A stretch of 64,000 nt of DNA. Origin: an uncultured bacterium (lineage in GTDB: Bacteria; Krumholzibacteriota; Krumholzibacteriia; LZORAL124-64-63). A program made the position numbers and the translations under genes. Location of the stretch: the NCBI GenBank assembly GCA_963727525.1, contig CAVSGO010000007.1, positions 2,048,001 to 2,112,000 on the forward strand. The letters run 5' to 3'. The notes under the pieces are model-generated. The model was not told the DNA's origin and did not search any database. It saw only the letters and a program-made list of their open reading frames with translations. Within the stretch, counting starts at the first letter, position 1, and every line of letters starts with the position of its first letter. Positions 11,319 through 21,589 of this stretch are shown piece by piece.

Positions 11319-12869
11319 CTACCGCGACCGATCGGCATCAATCGCGAGGCGCCAGATGGCGCCGACCCGCCCTGGCGCCAGGAGCGGCGCGCGCGTGGCG
11401 AGCCTCACGTCGCGAAGCAGGGGGACGAGGCCGCGATCGGCCAAAGTGTCCGTACCCGTGGCGAGGCTCGCGAGGTAGCCGTCGGGGACCTTCCGCGCGT
11501 AGTGGCCGATGCGCCAGCGACCGGGCTCGGCGAGGGGCCGCCGTGCCATGAAGGCGTCGCCAAGTCCGAGTCGGTCGACGAGCCAGAGGTTGGGTCCGGC
11601 AAAGAAGGCGTACATGCCCGACGCCTGATCGGCCGCGATCGTCGGACGGTCGTGCTCCATCGCGAAGGCGCGGCCGATCTCGGCGAAGCGATGGGCCGGC
11701 ATCGCCGGGAAGCGGCCCGCGCGCAGCAGGCCGGTGGTGGGGTAATAGAACGCACGCTCGTCACCCACCCCGTGGTGACGCTCCTGGCGCTGCGCGTCGG
11801 CGTGCAGGTCGTAGTCGGCCGCCGTGCGCAACGGGGCGAAGGGGGACGAGAGCCCGAGCGACGCGGCGACCGCCACCACCAACCCCAGCGGGCGTGGCCT
11901 TAGCCCCCACATTGGCTCCACGACGAGGAGCACGGCCACGAGGAACGCCGGCGTGAGCAGCCGGCCCGACATGAAGTCGCCCCCGGCGAGCACCACGAAC
12001 AGCAGGTGCGCCGCGATGCCGGCCGCAAGCGCGCGCGAGGCGGCAGCGCGGCGCCCGACCGCCAGCGCGAGCCCGAGCACGATCACGGGCAAGGTGACGC
12101 GGTCGAGAAGCAGCGAGAGCCCGAAATATCGCCAGCCCTGGGCCGCCAGGGCCGACACCGGGATACCGGCCCCGAGCTTGGCGTAGGCGGTGTTCGGCAG
12201 CGCCGACCCATAATAGACGAGCGCGAAGACCGCCCACGCCACGAGCGGCGTGCTACCCAGGACCACGCGCACCCATGCGGCGCGGTTGTGCGTTCGCCAG
12301 AGCCGCCACGCGAGTGCCGGCGCCGCGAGTAGCGCCGCGTCGGGCCGGCAAAGGGTGAGCAGCGCCGCGAGCAGCGCCAACCGGCCAGCCTGGGCCGCCG
12401 GGTCCGGCCGCGGACTTAGCACGGTGAAGACGAAGACGACGAGCAGCAGGTTGAGCAGCGGATTCTCGAGGCCGGCCGTCGCGAAGTCGACATGCGCCTT
12501 GGCCAGCACCAGCAGGGCCACGGCCGCCGCAGCACGCAGCGGCGTCGCGCGCAGGTACGCCACGAGCAGACCAAGGCAGACGACCGTCGTCAGTAGAGAC
12601 GTCACCAGGAACGTGTAGTACGGCTCGCGGGTCATGGCGTAGAACGGCAAGTTCAGCAACAACCACAGTGGGTGGGTAAAGACCTGCACGCGGTCGCCGA
12701 TGTTCCAGCGCAGCCCGTGGCCCTGGACGAGGTTGTCGACGACACGGTAGGTGAGGTAGGCGTCGTCGCAGAGCCATGCCGTCAGCGCGAGCGCGACGAG
12801 GTAGGCCACCACCGCGGCCGCGAGGAGCAGCCACGGCGTGCGCAGACGCGCCGGGACGGTATGGGGCAT
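11319..12869 (-). CDS. GT-C membrane glycosyltransferase (AftB-like)
   Basis: DDAYLTYRVVDNL..G.G..WN.GDRV..FTHPLW, GLENPL, RPD, PNTAYAK, GGDFM..R, RIGH; multi-TM. Confidence 0.75.
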   Translation of the reverse strand: MPHTVPARLRTPWLLLAAAVVAYLVALALTAWLCDDAYLTYRVVDNLVQGHGLRWNIGDRVQVFTHPLWLLLNLPFYAMTREPYYTFLVTSLLTTVVCLGLLVAYLRATPLRAAAAVALLVLAKAHVDFATAGLENPLLNLLLVVFVFTVLSPRPDPAAQAGRLALLAALLTLCRPDAALLAAPALAWRLWRTHNRAAWVRVVLGSTPLVAWAVFALVYYGSALPNTAYAKLGAGIPVSALAAQGWRYFGLSLLLDRVTLPVIVLGLALAVGRRAAASRALAAGIAAHLLFVVLAGGDFMSGRLLTPAFLVAVLLVVEPMWGLRPRPLGLVVAVAASLGLSSPFAPLRTAADYDLHADAQRQERHHGVGDERAFYYPTTGLLRAGRFPAMPAHRFAEIGRAFAMEHDRPTIAADQASGMYAFFAGPNLWLVDRLGLGDAFMARRPLAEPGRWRIGHYARKVPDGYLASLATGTDTLADRGLVPLLRDVRLATRAPLLAPGRVGAIWRLAIDADRSR

Positions 12870-12901
12870 GCCAGAGCCTCCGGGTGCAGGACCGGCGCAG
12901 T

Positions 12902-14938
12902 CTAGCGAAGGCTCCCGCGCGGTGTCAAATGCGGCGGCGCGGGCTCGCGCCACGGCTGGTGGTGTCCATAGAGAGCGAGCGCCCGCCGCAGTTCGTCCTG
13001 CCATTGCGCCTCGTCACCGGTGGCGAGGGCGAGCCCACGTGTGGCCGCCACCTTCGCCAGATCCCACTCACCAAGCTCGGCACGCGCTGCCGAGAGCACG
13101 AGCTGGAGATACGGGTGGTCCGCGTCCAGGCCCAGGGCGGCCTGGACGCGGACCAGAGCGTCGTTGCCGTCGCGCACGTCCGCAGCAGCGCTGGTGGCCT
13201 CGACCCAGGCCACGCGCGCGAGCGGTTCGGCCCACCGCGGCGCCAGAGCGACGGCCTGCCGGTAGTCCGCCAGCGCCGCCCGCGGATCGGCGGTTTCCCG
13301 GTCGCGACCGCGTCGGTACGCTTGCTCGGCCCGCTGCTCGTTCACTCGCGCGAGGTTTCGCGCCGCCTCCGCGTAGTCGGGCGCAAGCGCCAGCGCGTCT
13401 TGCCACTGGGCCGCGGCCTCGTCGAGCCGACCCAGCCGCGCCAGGCAGATCGCCAGGAAATTGCGCGCCGAAATCTGTTGCGCATCCAGCGCGATCGCCT
13501 GCTGAAGACGCCGCTCCGCGCCCTGCCAGTCCTCTTGCTCGTAAAGCGCGTGACCGACGGCGAACTCCAGTTCGCCTCGGTAGTCCCGCTGCTCCTGCGC
13601 GAAGGGACCCGGCACCGTGCCCAGTACGGTCATGACGATCGCCGCCACCAGCGCGGCCACGACCCGACGATCGCGACGCCAGTGTCGCAGATCCGCGGCG
13701 TGACTCAGCCCCGCCGCCGCGAACACCGCCGCCAGCGGCCACAGGGGAGCGCGGTAGCGTGCGGCCACGAACACCGCGACGAGTGCCGCGCCGACGCCAC
13801 TCAGCACGATCAAGGCCGGCAGGTGACGGCGCGCGCCGACCAGCACCAGACCGAAGGTGCCCAGAGCGAGCAGCACGCCACCCGGGAATCCCCAGTTGCC
13901 GAGCCTGAACACGAGCACCCGCAGCACCGGGGACCACTGCCGGTGCAGGTAGATGTCCTGGTTACGCGGCAGCTCGCGGGTGGAGACCAGTTGCAGGAAC
14001 TTGCGCCCCAGCCCGACCGCGTACGCCGCCGGCGCGGTGCGCACGTAGTGCCAGAAACGATCCCGGTAGTAGCGAGCGCCCGCCGCGCCTCCGCCGCCGT
14101 ATCCGGCCTGCGCGGGTGCCGCCAGCAGGCGCTCCCACTCGAGTCCGGGACGCACGTTCACGGTGTGCTCCCGGTCCGGATTGTTGCCGATGAACAGGTT
14201 GAGCGACCCCGATGCGGGCAGCAGCGCGCCATGACCGAAGCGAGCCCGCGCCACCGACTCGACAGGTACGACGACGGCGAGAACGGTCGCCGTGGCGAGT
14301 ACGACCTGGAGCAGGCGCACGCGCGCTGTGCCCGCGCTCTGCCAGCCCAGCCAGACCAGGAGACCGGCGACCGCCGGCAGGAACGTCGGCCGCAGGTAGA
14401 TGGCAACCGCCATGGCGAGGCCCAGCCGGATCGCCGACCACGGCCGCATCGTACAGCCTACCGTGTCGGCCAGCAGCACGAGCAATACAGTCACGAGCGC
14501 GGCCGGTCCCGCCGCCTCGAGCTGCGCCTCGAAGAAGATCAGCGGGCCACACAGAGCGACGAAGAGCCCCGCCGTGAGCGCCACGCGCCTGCCGAACCAG
14601 CGATCGGCGAGCCGCCACGTGGCCAGCCCCGTGAGGCCGCCGATCGCGATCTGCACGAGCCGCGCCGCAAACACCGACGGACCGGCAACCTTGAAGATCG
14701 CGGCCAGCCCGAGTGGGTAGAACACCGGCTGCCAGACCAGCGACGCCGACGGCGGCACGCCCCGGGCAAGCTGCGTAGCGAGGTCGCGGTACGTGCCCGC
14801 GTCGATGATGGGGACGGCCCAGGTGGGGTCGCCATGGCTCAGGGCCAGGTGTGCCACGCGCACGGCGACGGCCGCGAGCGCCACCAGGGCACCGTCGCGC
14901 CACGGCGCGGGCTTCAGGGGCGTCCGAGCTGGTCCCAC
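12902..14938 (-). CDS. ArnT/PMT-like (GT-C) glycosyltransferase with C-terminal TPR repeats
   Basis: IDAGTY, multi-TM core, LRP, NLFIGNNP, AARYR; TPR-like helices (ALALAPDYAEAARNLA). Confidence 0.78.
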   Translation of the reverse strand: MGPARTPLKPAPWRDGALVALAAVAVRVAHLALSHGDPTWAVPIIDAGTYRDLATQLARGVPPSASLVWQPVFYPLGLAAIFKVAGPSVFAARLVQIAIGGLTGLATWRLADRWFGRRVALTAGLFVALCGPLIFFEAQLEAAGPAALVTVLLVLLADTVGCTMRPWSAIRLGLAMAVAIYLRPTFLPAVAGLLVWLGWQSAGTARVRLLQVVLATATVLAVVVPVESVARARFGHGALLPASGSLNLFIGNNPDREHTVNVRPGLEWERLLAAPAQAGYGGGGAAGARYYRDRFWHYVRTAPAAYAVGLGRKFLQLVSTRELPRNQDIYLHRQWSPVLRVLVFRLGNWGFPGGVLLALGTFGLVLVGARRHLPALIVLSGVGAALVAVFVAARYRAPLWPLAAVFAAAGLSHAADLRHWRRDRRVVAALVAAIVMTVLGTVPGPFAQEQRDYRGELEFAVGHALYEQEDWQGAERRLQQAIALDAQQISARNFLAICLARLGRLDEAAAQWQDALALAPDYAEAARNLARVNEQRAEQAYRRGRDRETADPRAALADYRQAVALAPRWAEPLARVAWVEATSAAADVRDGNDALVRVQAALGLDADHPYLQLVLSAARAELGEWDLAKVAATRGLALATGDEAQWQDELRRALALYGHHQPWREPAPPHLTPRGSLR

Positions 14939-16215
14939 AGGATCTCCGCCACGAGGCGCATCCCGATGGCGACGCTCGCCTCGTCGGGATCGAACGTCGC
15001 GCTGTGCAAGGCCATGTCCCGATCGGGGCGGCCCACGCCGAGTCGGAACTGCACGCCGGGCACCACCGCGGAGAAGCGCCCGAAGTCCTCCCCGCCCATG
15101 CCCGGAGGATAGTCGCGTGCATTGTCGGGGCCGAGCACGCGCGCGATCGCGGCCATGACCTGCGCCGACAGGCGGGGATCATTGCGTCCGGCCGGCGTGC
15201 CCAGGTCGTACTCCAGCCCCGGCTCCGGCGCGCCCGCCGCGGCGGCCAGGCCGTTCACCGTGCGCGTGATCTTTGCCTGCACGAGCGCGCGCGTCTCGGA
15301 ATCGCGGGTGCGCACCGTGGCCTCGAGCACCACATCGTCGGGAATTACGTTGGACTTACTGCCGCCCTGGATCTTGCCCACCGAGATGACGGCGGGGTGG
15401 TTGGGATCGATCTCGCGCGCCACCAGGTCGTCCAGGGCCAGCACGATGCGCGCCGCCAGCGTCACCGGGTCGATGGTGCGATGCGGGTAGGCGCCGTGCC
15501 CGCCACGTCCATGCACCGTGATCACGAACCCGTCCACGTTCGCCGTGGCCGGCCCGGAGCACACGCCGGCCTGCCCGACGAGCAGCGTGGGATGGTCGTG
15601 CAGGGCGAACGCGCGCGTCACCCCGCCGGCCAGACCGAGCACGGACGCATCGAGCACGCCCGCATCGAGCAGCGCCGCGGCGCCGGCGCCGATCTCCTCG
15701 GCCGGCTGGAAGATCCACACCACCGTGCCCGGCATGTGGTCGCGCACGTCGGCGAGTTCCCGTAGCGCCCCCAGGGCCACGCTCATGTGAATGTCGTGGC
15801 CGCAGGCGTGCATCACGCCCACGTCGGCTCCCGAGCCGAGGGTGTCGCGGCAGATGGAGGCGAAGGGTTCGCTGGTGTCCTCGGTGATCGGCAAGCCGTC
15901 CATGTCGGCGCGCCAGGCGATCACCGGCCCGGGACGGCCGCCCTTCAGCACGGCGACGATCCCGAGTCCCCAGTCGCCGTCGACGAAGGCCACGCCCGGA
16001 ATCTCGCCCAGTCGGTCGCGCAGGTAGGCGCGGGTGCCGGTCTCGCGACCGGAAAGCTCGGGATGCGCGTGGAGCCAGCGGCGATCTTGCACGGTAATGT
16101 CGCGGTGAGTGCGGGTGAGTGCGGCGAAATCGGGCACCGCGTCGACGGCGGCGGCCAACGCGACGCCGGCGAGGGCCGTGCTCAAGCACCAAGACGCGAG
16201 GAAGCGGACGACCAT
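14914..16215 (-). CDS. M20D amidohydrolase with predicted signal peptide
   Basis: LHAHPELS, RADMDGLP, MHACGHDIH, FQPAEE, GGHGAYPH, GGEDF, LHS. Confidence 0.92.
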   Translation of the reverse strand: MVVRFLASWCLSTALAGVALAAAVDAVPDFAALTRTHRDITVQDRRWLHAHPELSGRETGTRAYLRDRLGEIPGVAFVDGDWGLGIVAVLKGGRPGPVIAWRADMDGLPITEDTSEPFASICRDTLGSGADVGVMHACGHDIHMSVALGALRELADVRDHMPGTVVWIFQPAEEIGAGAAALLDAGVLDASVLGLAGGVTRAFALHDHPTLLVGQAGVCSGPATANVDGFVITVHGRGGHGAYPHRTIDPVTLAARIVLALDDLVAREIDPNHPAVISVGKIQGGSKSNVIPDDVVLEATVRTRDSETRALVQAKITRTVNGLAAAAGAPEPGLEYDLGTPAGRNDPRLSAQVMAAIARVLGPDNARDYPPGMGGEDFGRFSAVVPGVQFRLGVGRPDRDMALHSATFDPDEASVAIGMRLVAEILWDQLGRP

Positions 16216-16287
16216 GGAATACCCCGCAGCCACCGGCCGGCGAGGCGCCCGGAAGCCGAATGAGATCTCGGGTGACGGCGATCCAGA

Positions 16288-17364
16288 CTAGTCTACCAGG
16301 CGCCCGGCCGGGTGACCAGGCGTCGGTTCGTCGCCCTCCCGATCGAGCTGGGCCAGGACGGCGTCGAGCCGCGGGCCGACGTCGACCTCCGCAGTGGGCG
16401 CCGGCCCCAGCGGATCCTCGAGATCGTCGCGACCGAGCAAGCTCCGCGCGGAGTTCACGACGCCGGCCGCGAGCACCTCGGTGTCGTATCCGCCCTCGAG
16501 CACGACCACCACGCGACCGCCGCACACCTCGCGGGCCAGATCCACGAGTTGCTGGCCGAGCCAGGCGTAGCCGGACAGGCTCACCAGGTGCTGGGCGAGC
16601 GGGTCGCGCCAGTGACCGTCCCAGCCCGCGCTGATGCAGAGCAGATCCGGCGCAAATCGCCGCACGGCCGGCGCGACCACGCGCGTGACCGCCGCGCGCA
16701 TCGCGGCATCGCCGGCGCCTGGCGGCAGCGGGACGTTCACCGTCGCGCCCCTCCCCTCGCCCGCGCCGGTCTCGCTGAACCAGCCGGTGCCGGGGTACAG
16801 CGGGAACTGGTGGGTCGACACGAACAGCACGGAGGGATCGCGCGCGAAGATGTCCTGCGTACCGTTGCCGTGGTGCACGTCGATATCGACGATCGCCACG
16901 CGCCGTGCGCGCTCGGCCTGCGAGGCTCGCACGGCGACGGCGAGATTGTTGAACACGCAGAACCCCATAGCCTGGTCGTGAGTCGCGTGGTGGCCGGGTG
17001 GACGCACGAGCGCGATGCCTCGATCGAGGGTGCCGTCGGCGACCTGCCGCACCAGGTCCACCGTGCCGCCCGCCGCCGCAACGGCGGCGTCCCAGGTCCG
17101 GGCGCACGTGTAGGTGTCGGGATCGAGGGCGCCATGCGGCATGCGCCCCACGACCGCGACGGTGTCCACGTGGGCCACGGCGTGCGCGCGCACCAGTTCC
17201 TCGCGCGTCGCCGGGCGCCCGGACACCGGCACGAGAAGCTCGTTCAGTCCCGCGCGCGCGAGGGCGTCGGCAATCGCCACCAGTCGCTGCGGCCGCTCGG
17301 GATGGCCCGGTGTCGCGTGCGCCAGGAAGATCGGATCACTGACCATGCCCACACGAGGATCCAC
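16288..17364 (-). CDS. Zn-dependent histone deacetylase family (AcuC/HDLP-like) deacylase
   Basis: GHPERPQRL, RPPGHHA, GFCVFNN, DIDVHHGNGTQ, SAGWDGH, LEGGY. Confidence 0.95.
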   Translation of the reverse strand: MDPRVGMVSDPIFLAHATPGHPERPQRLVAIADALARAGLNELLVPVSGRPATREELVRAHAVAHVDTVAVVGRMPHGALDPDTYTCARTWDAAVAAAGGTVDLVRQVADGTLDRGIALVRPPGHHATHDQAMGFCVFNNLAVAVRASQAERARRVAIVDIDVHHGNGTQDIFARDPSVLFVSTHQFPLYPGTGWFSETGAGEGRGATVNVPLPPGAGDAAMRAAVTRVVAPAVRRFAPDLLCISAGWDGHWRDPLAQHLVSLSGYAWLGQQLVDLAREVCGGRVVVVLEGGYDTEVLAAGVVNSARSLLGRDDLEDPLGPAPTAEVDVGPRLDAVLAQLDREGDEPTPGHPAGRLVD

Positions 17365-17530
17365 GCATCGCCCTTTCGACCGGTGTCAATATAGCGCGCT
17401 GAGCCGCGACCGGCGCCCAGCGGAGCGCCGCGGCGGCGCGTCCGTCGATTGACGACCACGAGAACCCGGCTATCGTGAGCGTGATCAACGGTCAAGCCCC
17501 AATGCAACGAGAGCAAGGAAAGGGGTCGGC

Positions 17531-20215
17531 ATGGCCACCATGGACGCCAGCGACCGCGACCGCCTCCGCGAGATCGAGAATCGCGAGTGGCGCGATTCGC
17601 TCGATTACGTCCTGCGCGAGCAGGGTTCCGAACGCGTGCGCGAGCTGCTGCGGCACCTCCAGTCGCGCGCCCAGGAGCAGGGCGTGAGCATCCCGTTCAC
17701 GGCCAACACGCCGTACATCAACACCATCCCCCGCGCCCAGCAGCCGGTCTTTCCTGGCAATCGCGAGATCGAGCGACGGATCAAGAGCATCATCCGCTGG
17801 AACGCCATGGCCATGGTGGTGCGCGCGAACAAGGAGCTGCCGGGCATCGGCGGCCACATCTCCACCTTCGCCTCGGCCGCCGCACTCTGGGAAGTGGGAT
17901 TCAACCACTTCTGGCGCGGCCGCACCGATGACTACCTCGGCGACATGGTCTATTTCCAGGGTCATGCGGCTCCCGGAGTGTACGCACGCGCGTTTCTCGA
18001 GGGCCGCATCGACGAGAAGCACCTCGTGAACTTCCGGCGCGAGCTGGCCCCGGAAGGCGGTCTGAGCAGCTATCCGCATCCCTTCCTGATGCGCGATTTC
18101 TGGGAATTCCCCACCGTATCCATGGGGCTCACCGCGCTGCAGGCCATCTACATGGCACGCTACAACCACTACCTCGTGGACCGCGACCTGCGCAGGCGCA
18201 CCGGCCGCAAGGTGTGGGCGCTGCTCGGCGATGGTGAGATGGACGAGCCCGAGTCGCTGGGTGCGATCACCCTGGCCGCGCGCGAGCAGCTCGGCAACCT
18301 CATCTTCGTGATCAACTGCAACCTGCAGCGCCTCGACGGCCCCGTGCGCGGCAACGGCAAGGTGATCCAGGAGTTGGAAGCCGCCTTCCGCGGCGCCGGC
18401 TGGTTCGTGATCAAGGTGATCTGGGGCGGCGACTGGGATCGCCTGCTCGAGCGCGACAAGAGCGGCAAGCTGCTTCAGCGCATGGAGGAGATCCTCGACG
18501 GCGAGATGCAGCGCTACACCGTGAGCGACGGCGCTTACATCCGGGAGCACTTCTTCGGCACGGATCCCGAGCTGCTCGCGCTGGTACAGGACTACACCGA
18601 CGAGCAGATCCGCAAGATGGTGCGCGGCGGGCACGATCCCGAGAAGGTCTACGCCGCCTACAAGCTGGCCACGAGCCACGGGCGGCCCATGCCTACCGTG
18701 ATCCTCGCCCAGACGATCAAGGGCTACGGACTGGGCGAGGCGGGCGAGGGCAAGAACATCACCCACTCGCAGAAGAAGCTGAACGAGGACGAGCTGCGCG
18801 AATTTCGCACGCGCTTCAACATCCCGATCAGCGACGAAGACATCGCCGCCATGCCCTTCTACCGTCCGACCGACGATAGCCCGGAGATGCAGTACCTGCA
18901 CAAACGTCGCGAGGAACTCGGCGGCTCGCTGCCGAAGCGCGTGGTCGTCACCGAGCCGATCGCCTGCCAGACCGAGCACATCTTCCAGGAGTACCTGCAG
19001 GGCAGCGGCGATCGCGACGTCGCGACCACGATGTCGATGGTCCACATGATCGCGCAGATGCTGCGCGACCCCGAGTTCGGCAAGTTCATCGTACCCATCG
19101 TGCCCGACGAGGCCCGCACCTTCGGCCTGGAGTCGCTCTTCCGTCAGGTGGGCATCTACAGCCACGTGGGTCAGCTCTACGAACCGGTCGACAGGGGCAG
19201 CCTGCTCTTCTACAACGAGAAGAAGACGGGCGCGGTGCTCGAGGAGGGCATCAGCGAAGCGGGCGCCATGGCCAGCTTCATCGCGGCCGGCACCGCGTAC
19301 GCCAACAACCGCGTGAATACCATCCCGTTCTTCCTCTTCTACTCGATGTTCGGCTTCCAGCGTATCGGCGACCTCATCTGGGCCGCGTGCGACATGCAGG
19401 CCAAGGGCTTCCTCATCGGCGCCACCGCGGGCCGCACCACGCTCTCGGGCGAAGGCCTGCAGCACCAGGATGGTCACAGCCATGTGCTAGCCCTGGCGCC
19501 CACCACGGTGAAAGCCTACGATCCGGCCTTCGCGTACGAGCTGGCCACGATCGTACACGACGGCATCACGCGCATGTACTGCCACGGCGAGACGTGGATC
19601 TACTACCTCACCGTGATGAACGAGACGTACAAGCAGCCGGCCCGTCCCGAGGGGTCGCGCGAGGGCATCCTCAAGGGCATGTACCGGTTCCGCCCGGGCT
19701 CGGTGAAGGCCACCAAGACCACGCCCCGAGCCCACTTGCTCGGCAGCGGTGCCATCCTCAACGAGACGCTTGCCGCGCAGACCATTCTCGAGGAGCGCTA
19801 CGGCGTGAGCGCCGACGTCTGGAGCGTGACCAGCTACAAGGAACTCTACCGCGAGGCGATCGAGGCTGAGCGCTTCCACATGCTCAATCCGGGCCAGCGC
19901 CAGCGCCCCTACGTGGAGACGTTGCTGGCCAAGGAGCGCGGCGTGTTCGTCGCGGCGAGCGACTACATGAAGGTGCTGCCGGCGAGTATCGCCCGCTGGC
20001 TGCCCGGTCCCCTGCACGTGCTGGGAACCGACGGCTTCGGCCGCAGCGACGGCCGCGCGCAGTTGCGCGACTTCTTCGAGGTCGACAGGCGCTACATCGC
20101 CCTGGCCGCCCTGCACGAGCTGGCGCGCGTGGACCAGCTCGACATGAAGGTGGCGCAGAAGGCGGTGAAGGAGCTGGACATCGACCCGGGCAAGTTGAAC
20201 CCCCACGTCGATTGA
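17531..20215 (+). CDS. aceE: Pyruvate dehydrogenase E1, homodimeric type
   Basis: GGHISTFAS, FQGHAAPG, YPHP, GDGEMDE..NCNLQRLDGPV, PDEARTFG, GEGLQHQDG, LGTDGFGRSD. Confidence 0.97.
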   Translation: MATMDASDRDRLREIENREWRDSLDYVLREQGSERVRELLRHLQSRAQEQGVSIPFTANTPYINTIPRAQQPVFPGNREIERRIKSIIRWNAMAMVVRANKELPGIGGHISTFASAAALWEVGFNHFWRGRTDDYLGDMVYFQGHAAPGVYARAFLEGRIDEKHLVNFRRELAPEGGLSSYPHPFLMRDFWEFPTVSMGLTALQAIYMARYNHYLVDRDLRRRTGRKVWALLGDGEMDEPESLGAITLAAREQLGNLIFVINCNLQRLDGPVRGNGKVIQELEAAFRGAGWFVIKVIWGGDWDRLLERDKSGKLLQRMEEILDGEMQRYTVSDGAYIREHFFGTDPELLALVQDYTDEQIRKMVRGGHDPEKVYAAYKLATSHGRPMPTVILAQTIKGYGLGEAGEGKNITHSQKKLNEDELREFRTRFNIPISDEDIAAMPFYRPTDDSPEMQYLHKRREELGGSLPKRVVVTEPIACQTEHIFQEYLQGSGDRDVATTMSMVHMIAQMLRDPEFGKFIVPIVPDEARTFGLESLFRQVGIYSHVGQLYEPVDRGSLLFYNEKKTGAVLEEGISEAGAMASFIAAGTAYANNRVNTIPFFLFYSMFGFQRIGDLIWAACDMQAKGFLIGATAGRTTLSGEGLQHQDGHSHVLALAPTTVKAYDPAFAYELATIVHDGITRMYCHGETWIYYLTVMNETYKQPARPEGSREGILKGMYRFRPGSVKATKTTPRAHLLGSGAILNETLAAQTILEERYGVSADVWSVTSYKELYREAIEAERFHMLNPGQRQRPYVETLLAKERGVFVAASDYMKVLPASIARWLPGPLHVLGTDGFGRSDGRAQLRDFFEVDRRYIALAALHELARVDQLDMKVAQKAVKELDIDPGKLNPHVD

Positions 20216-20239
20216 TCGATGTGTCGATGAGGAGCGAGC

Positions 20240-21589
20240 ATGAGCAAGGAGATCCGCGTTCCCGAAGTCTCTGACGGCGTGGCCCAGGGCAAGGTCATCG
20301 GCATCTCCGTGGCGGAGGGCGATCGTGTCGAGGTCGACCAGACACTTCTCGAGCTGGAGACGGACAAGGCCGTGGTCGCGCTGCCGGCCCCGTTCACGGG
20401 GACCATCACGGCGATCAAGGTGAAGGATGGCGACACGGTGCAGATCGGGGCCGTGGTGATGGAGGGTGAACCGGAGGGCGCCGCCGACGCGCCGCCGCCA
20501 CCGTCCGCGCGCATGACCAATCCGGAACCCGAAACGCCGCAACGCGACCCGCAGCCGGCGCCGCCCGCGCCCGAAGCTGCGGCTGACCCCGCCCGGAAAG
20601 GATCGCGAGAGGCGCCGGAATCGGAAACGCCGCGCGCCGCGGGCGCGCCGCCGGCCCGTAGCGAGTCCGTTGCCCCGGCCGACGTCGCCCCCGCGTCTCC
20701 CGGCGTACGCCGCTTCGCTCGCGAGCTGGGCGTGGATATCGGCGCGGTTCCGGGCACTGGTCCCGGCGGTCGGATCGGTGAGCAGGACGTGCGCGACTTC
20801 GTGAAGTCCGTCATGCAGGGAAGCAGCACCGCCGCCGGCGCCGCCCCCGTCGCCCGTCCCTTGCCCGACTTCACCCGCTGGACTGCGGTCACTCGCGAGC
20901 CCCTCTCCCAGGTGCGCAGGATCACCGCCGATGCCATGAGCCACGCCTGGGTCACGGTGCCGCGCGTGACGCAGTACGACAAGGCCGACATCACCGGTGT
21001 CGAGGCCTTCCGCGAGGAGTTCAACGAGCGTGCGAGCAAGGAGACCAAGCTCACGATGACGGCCATCCTCCTCAAGGTAGTGGCCGGCGCGCTGCGCGCG
21101 TTCCCCGCGTTCAACAGCAGCCTCGACGTGGCGAAGCAGGAGCTGATCCTCAAGAAAGCCGTCCACGTGGGCGTGGCCGTGGACACGCCGGGCGGCCTGC
21201 TCGTGCCCGTGGTGCGCGACGTCGACCGCAAGGGCATCGCGGCCCTCGCCGTGGAACTGAACGATCTCGCGGCGCGCACGCGCGAGCGACGCATCTCGCC
21301 AGCCGACATGGAGGGCGGCGGCTTCACCATCAGCAACCTCGGCGGCATCGGCGGCGTGGCCTTCAGCCCCATCGTCTACTGGCCGCAGGTGGCGATCCTC
21401 GGCGTGTCGCGCGCCGAGCTTGAACCGGTATGGGACGGGGAGGGCTTCGAACCGCGCCTGCGCATGCCCGTCTCATTGAGCTACGACCACCGCGTGATCG
21501 ACGGCGCCCAGGCCGCACGCTTCCTGCGCTGGGTCTGCGCCGCCCTCGCGCAGCCGTTGCTGCTGGCGATGGAAGGAGACGAGCGATGA
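20240..21589 (+). CDS. aceF: Dihydrolipoamide acetyltransferase E2 (one lipoyl domain)
   Basis: LETDKA lipoyl site, ASPGVRRFARELG E3-binding domain, SYDHRVIDG. Confidence 0.95.
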   Translation: MSKEIRVPEVSDGVAQGKVIGISVAEGDRVEVDQTLLELETDKAVVALPAPFTGTITAIKVKDGDTVQIGAVVMEGEPEGAADAPPPPSARMTNPEPETPQRDPQPAPPAPEAAADPARKGSREAPESETPRAAGAPPARSESVAPADVAPASPGVRRFARELGVDIGAVPGTGPGGRIGEQDVRDFVKSVMQGSSTAAGAAPVARPLPDFTRWTAVTREPLSQVRRITADAMSHAWVTVPRVTQYDKADITGVEAFREEFNERASKETKLTMTAILLKVVAGALRAFPAFNSSLDVAKQELILKKAVHVGVAVDTPGGLLVPVVRDVDRKGIAALAVELNDLAARTRERRISPADMEGGGFTISNLGGIGGVAFSPIVYWPQVAILGVSRAELEPVWDGEGFEPRLRMPVSLSYDHRVIDGAQAARFLRWVCAALAQPLLLAMEGDER

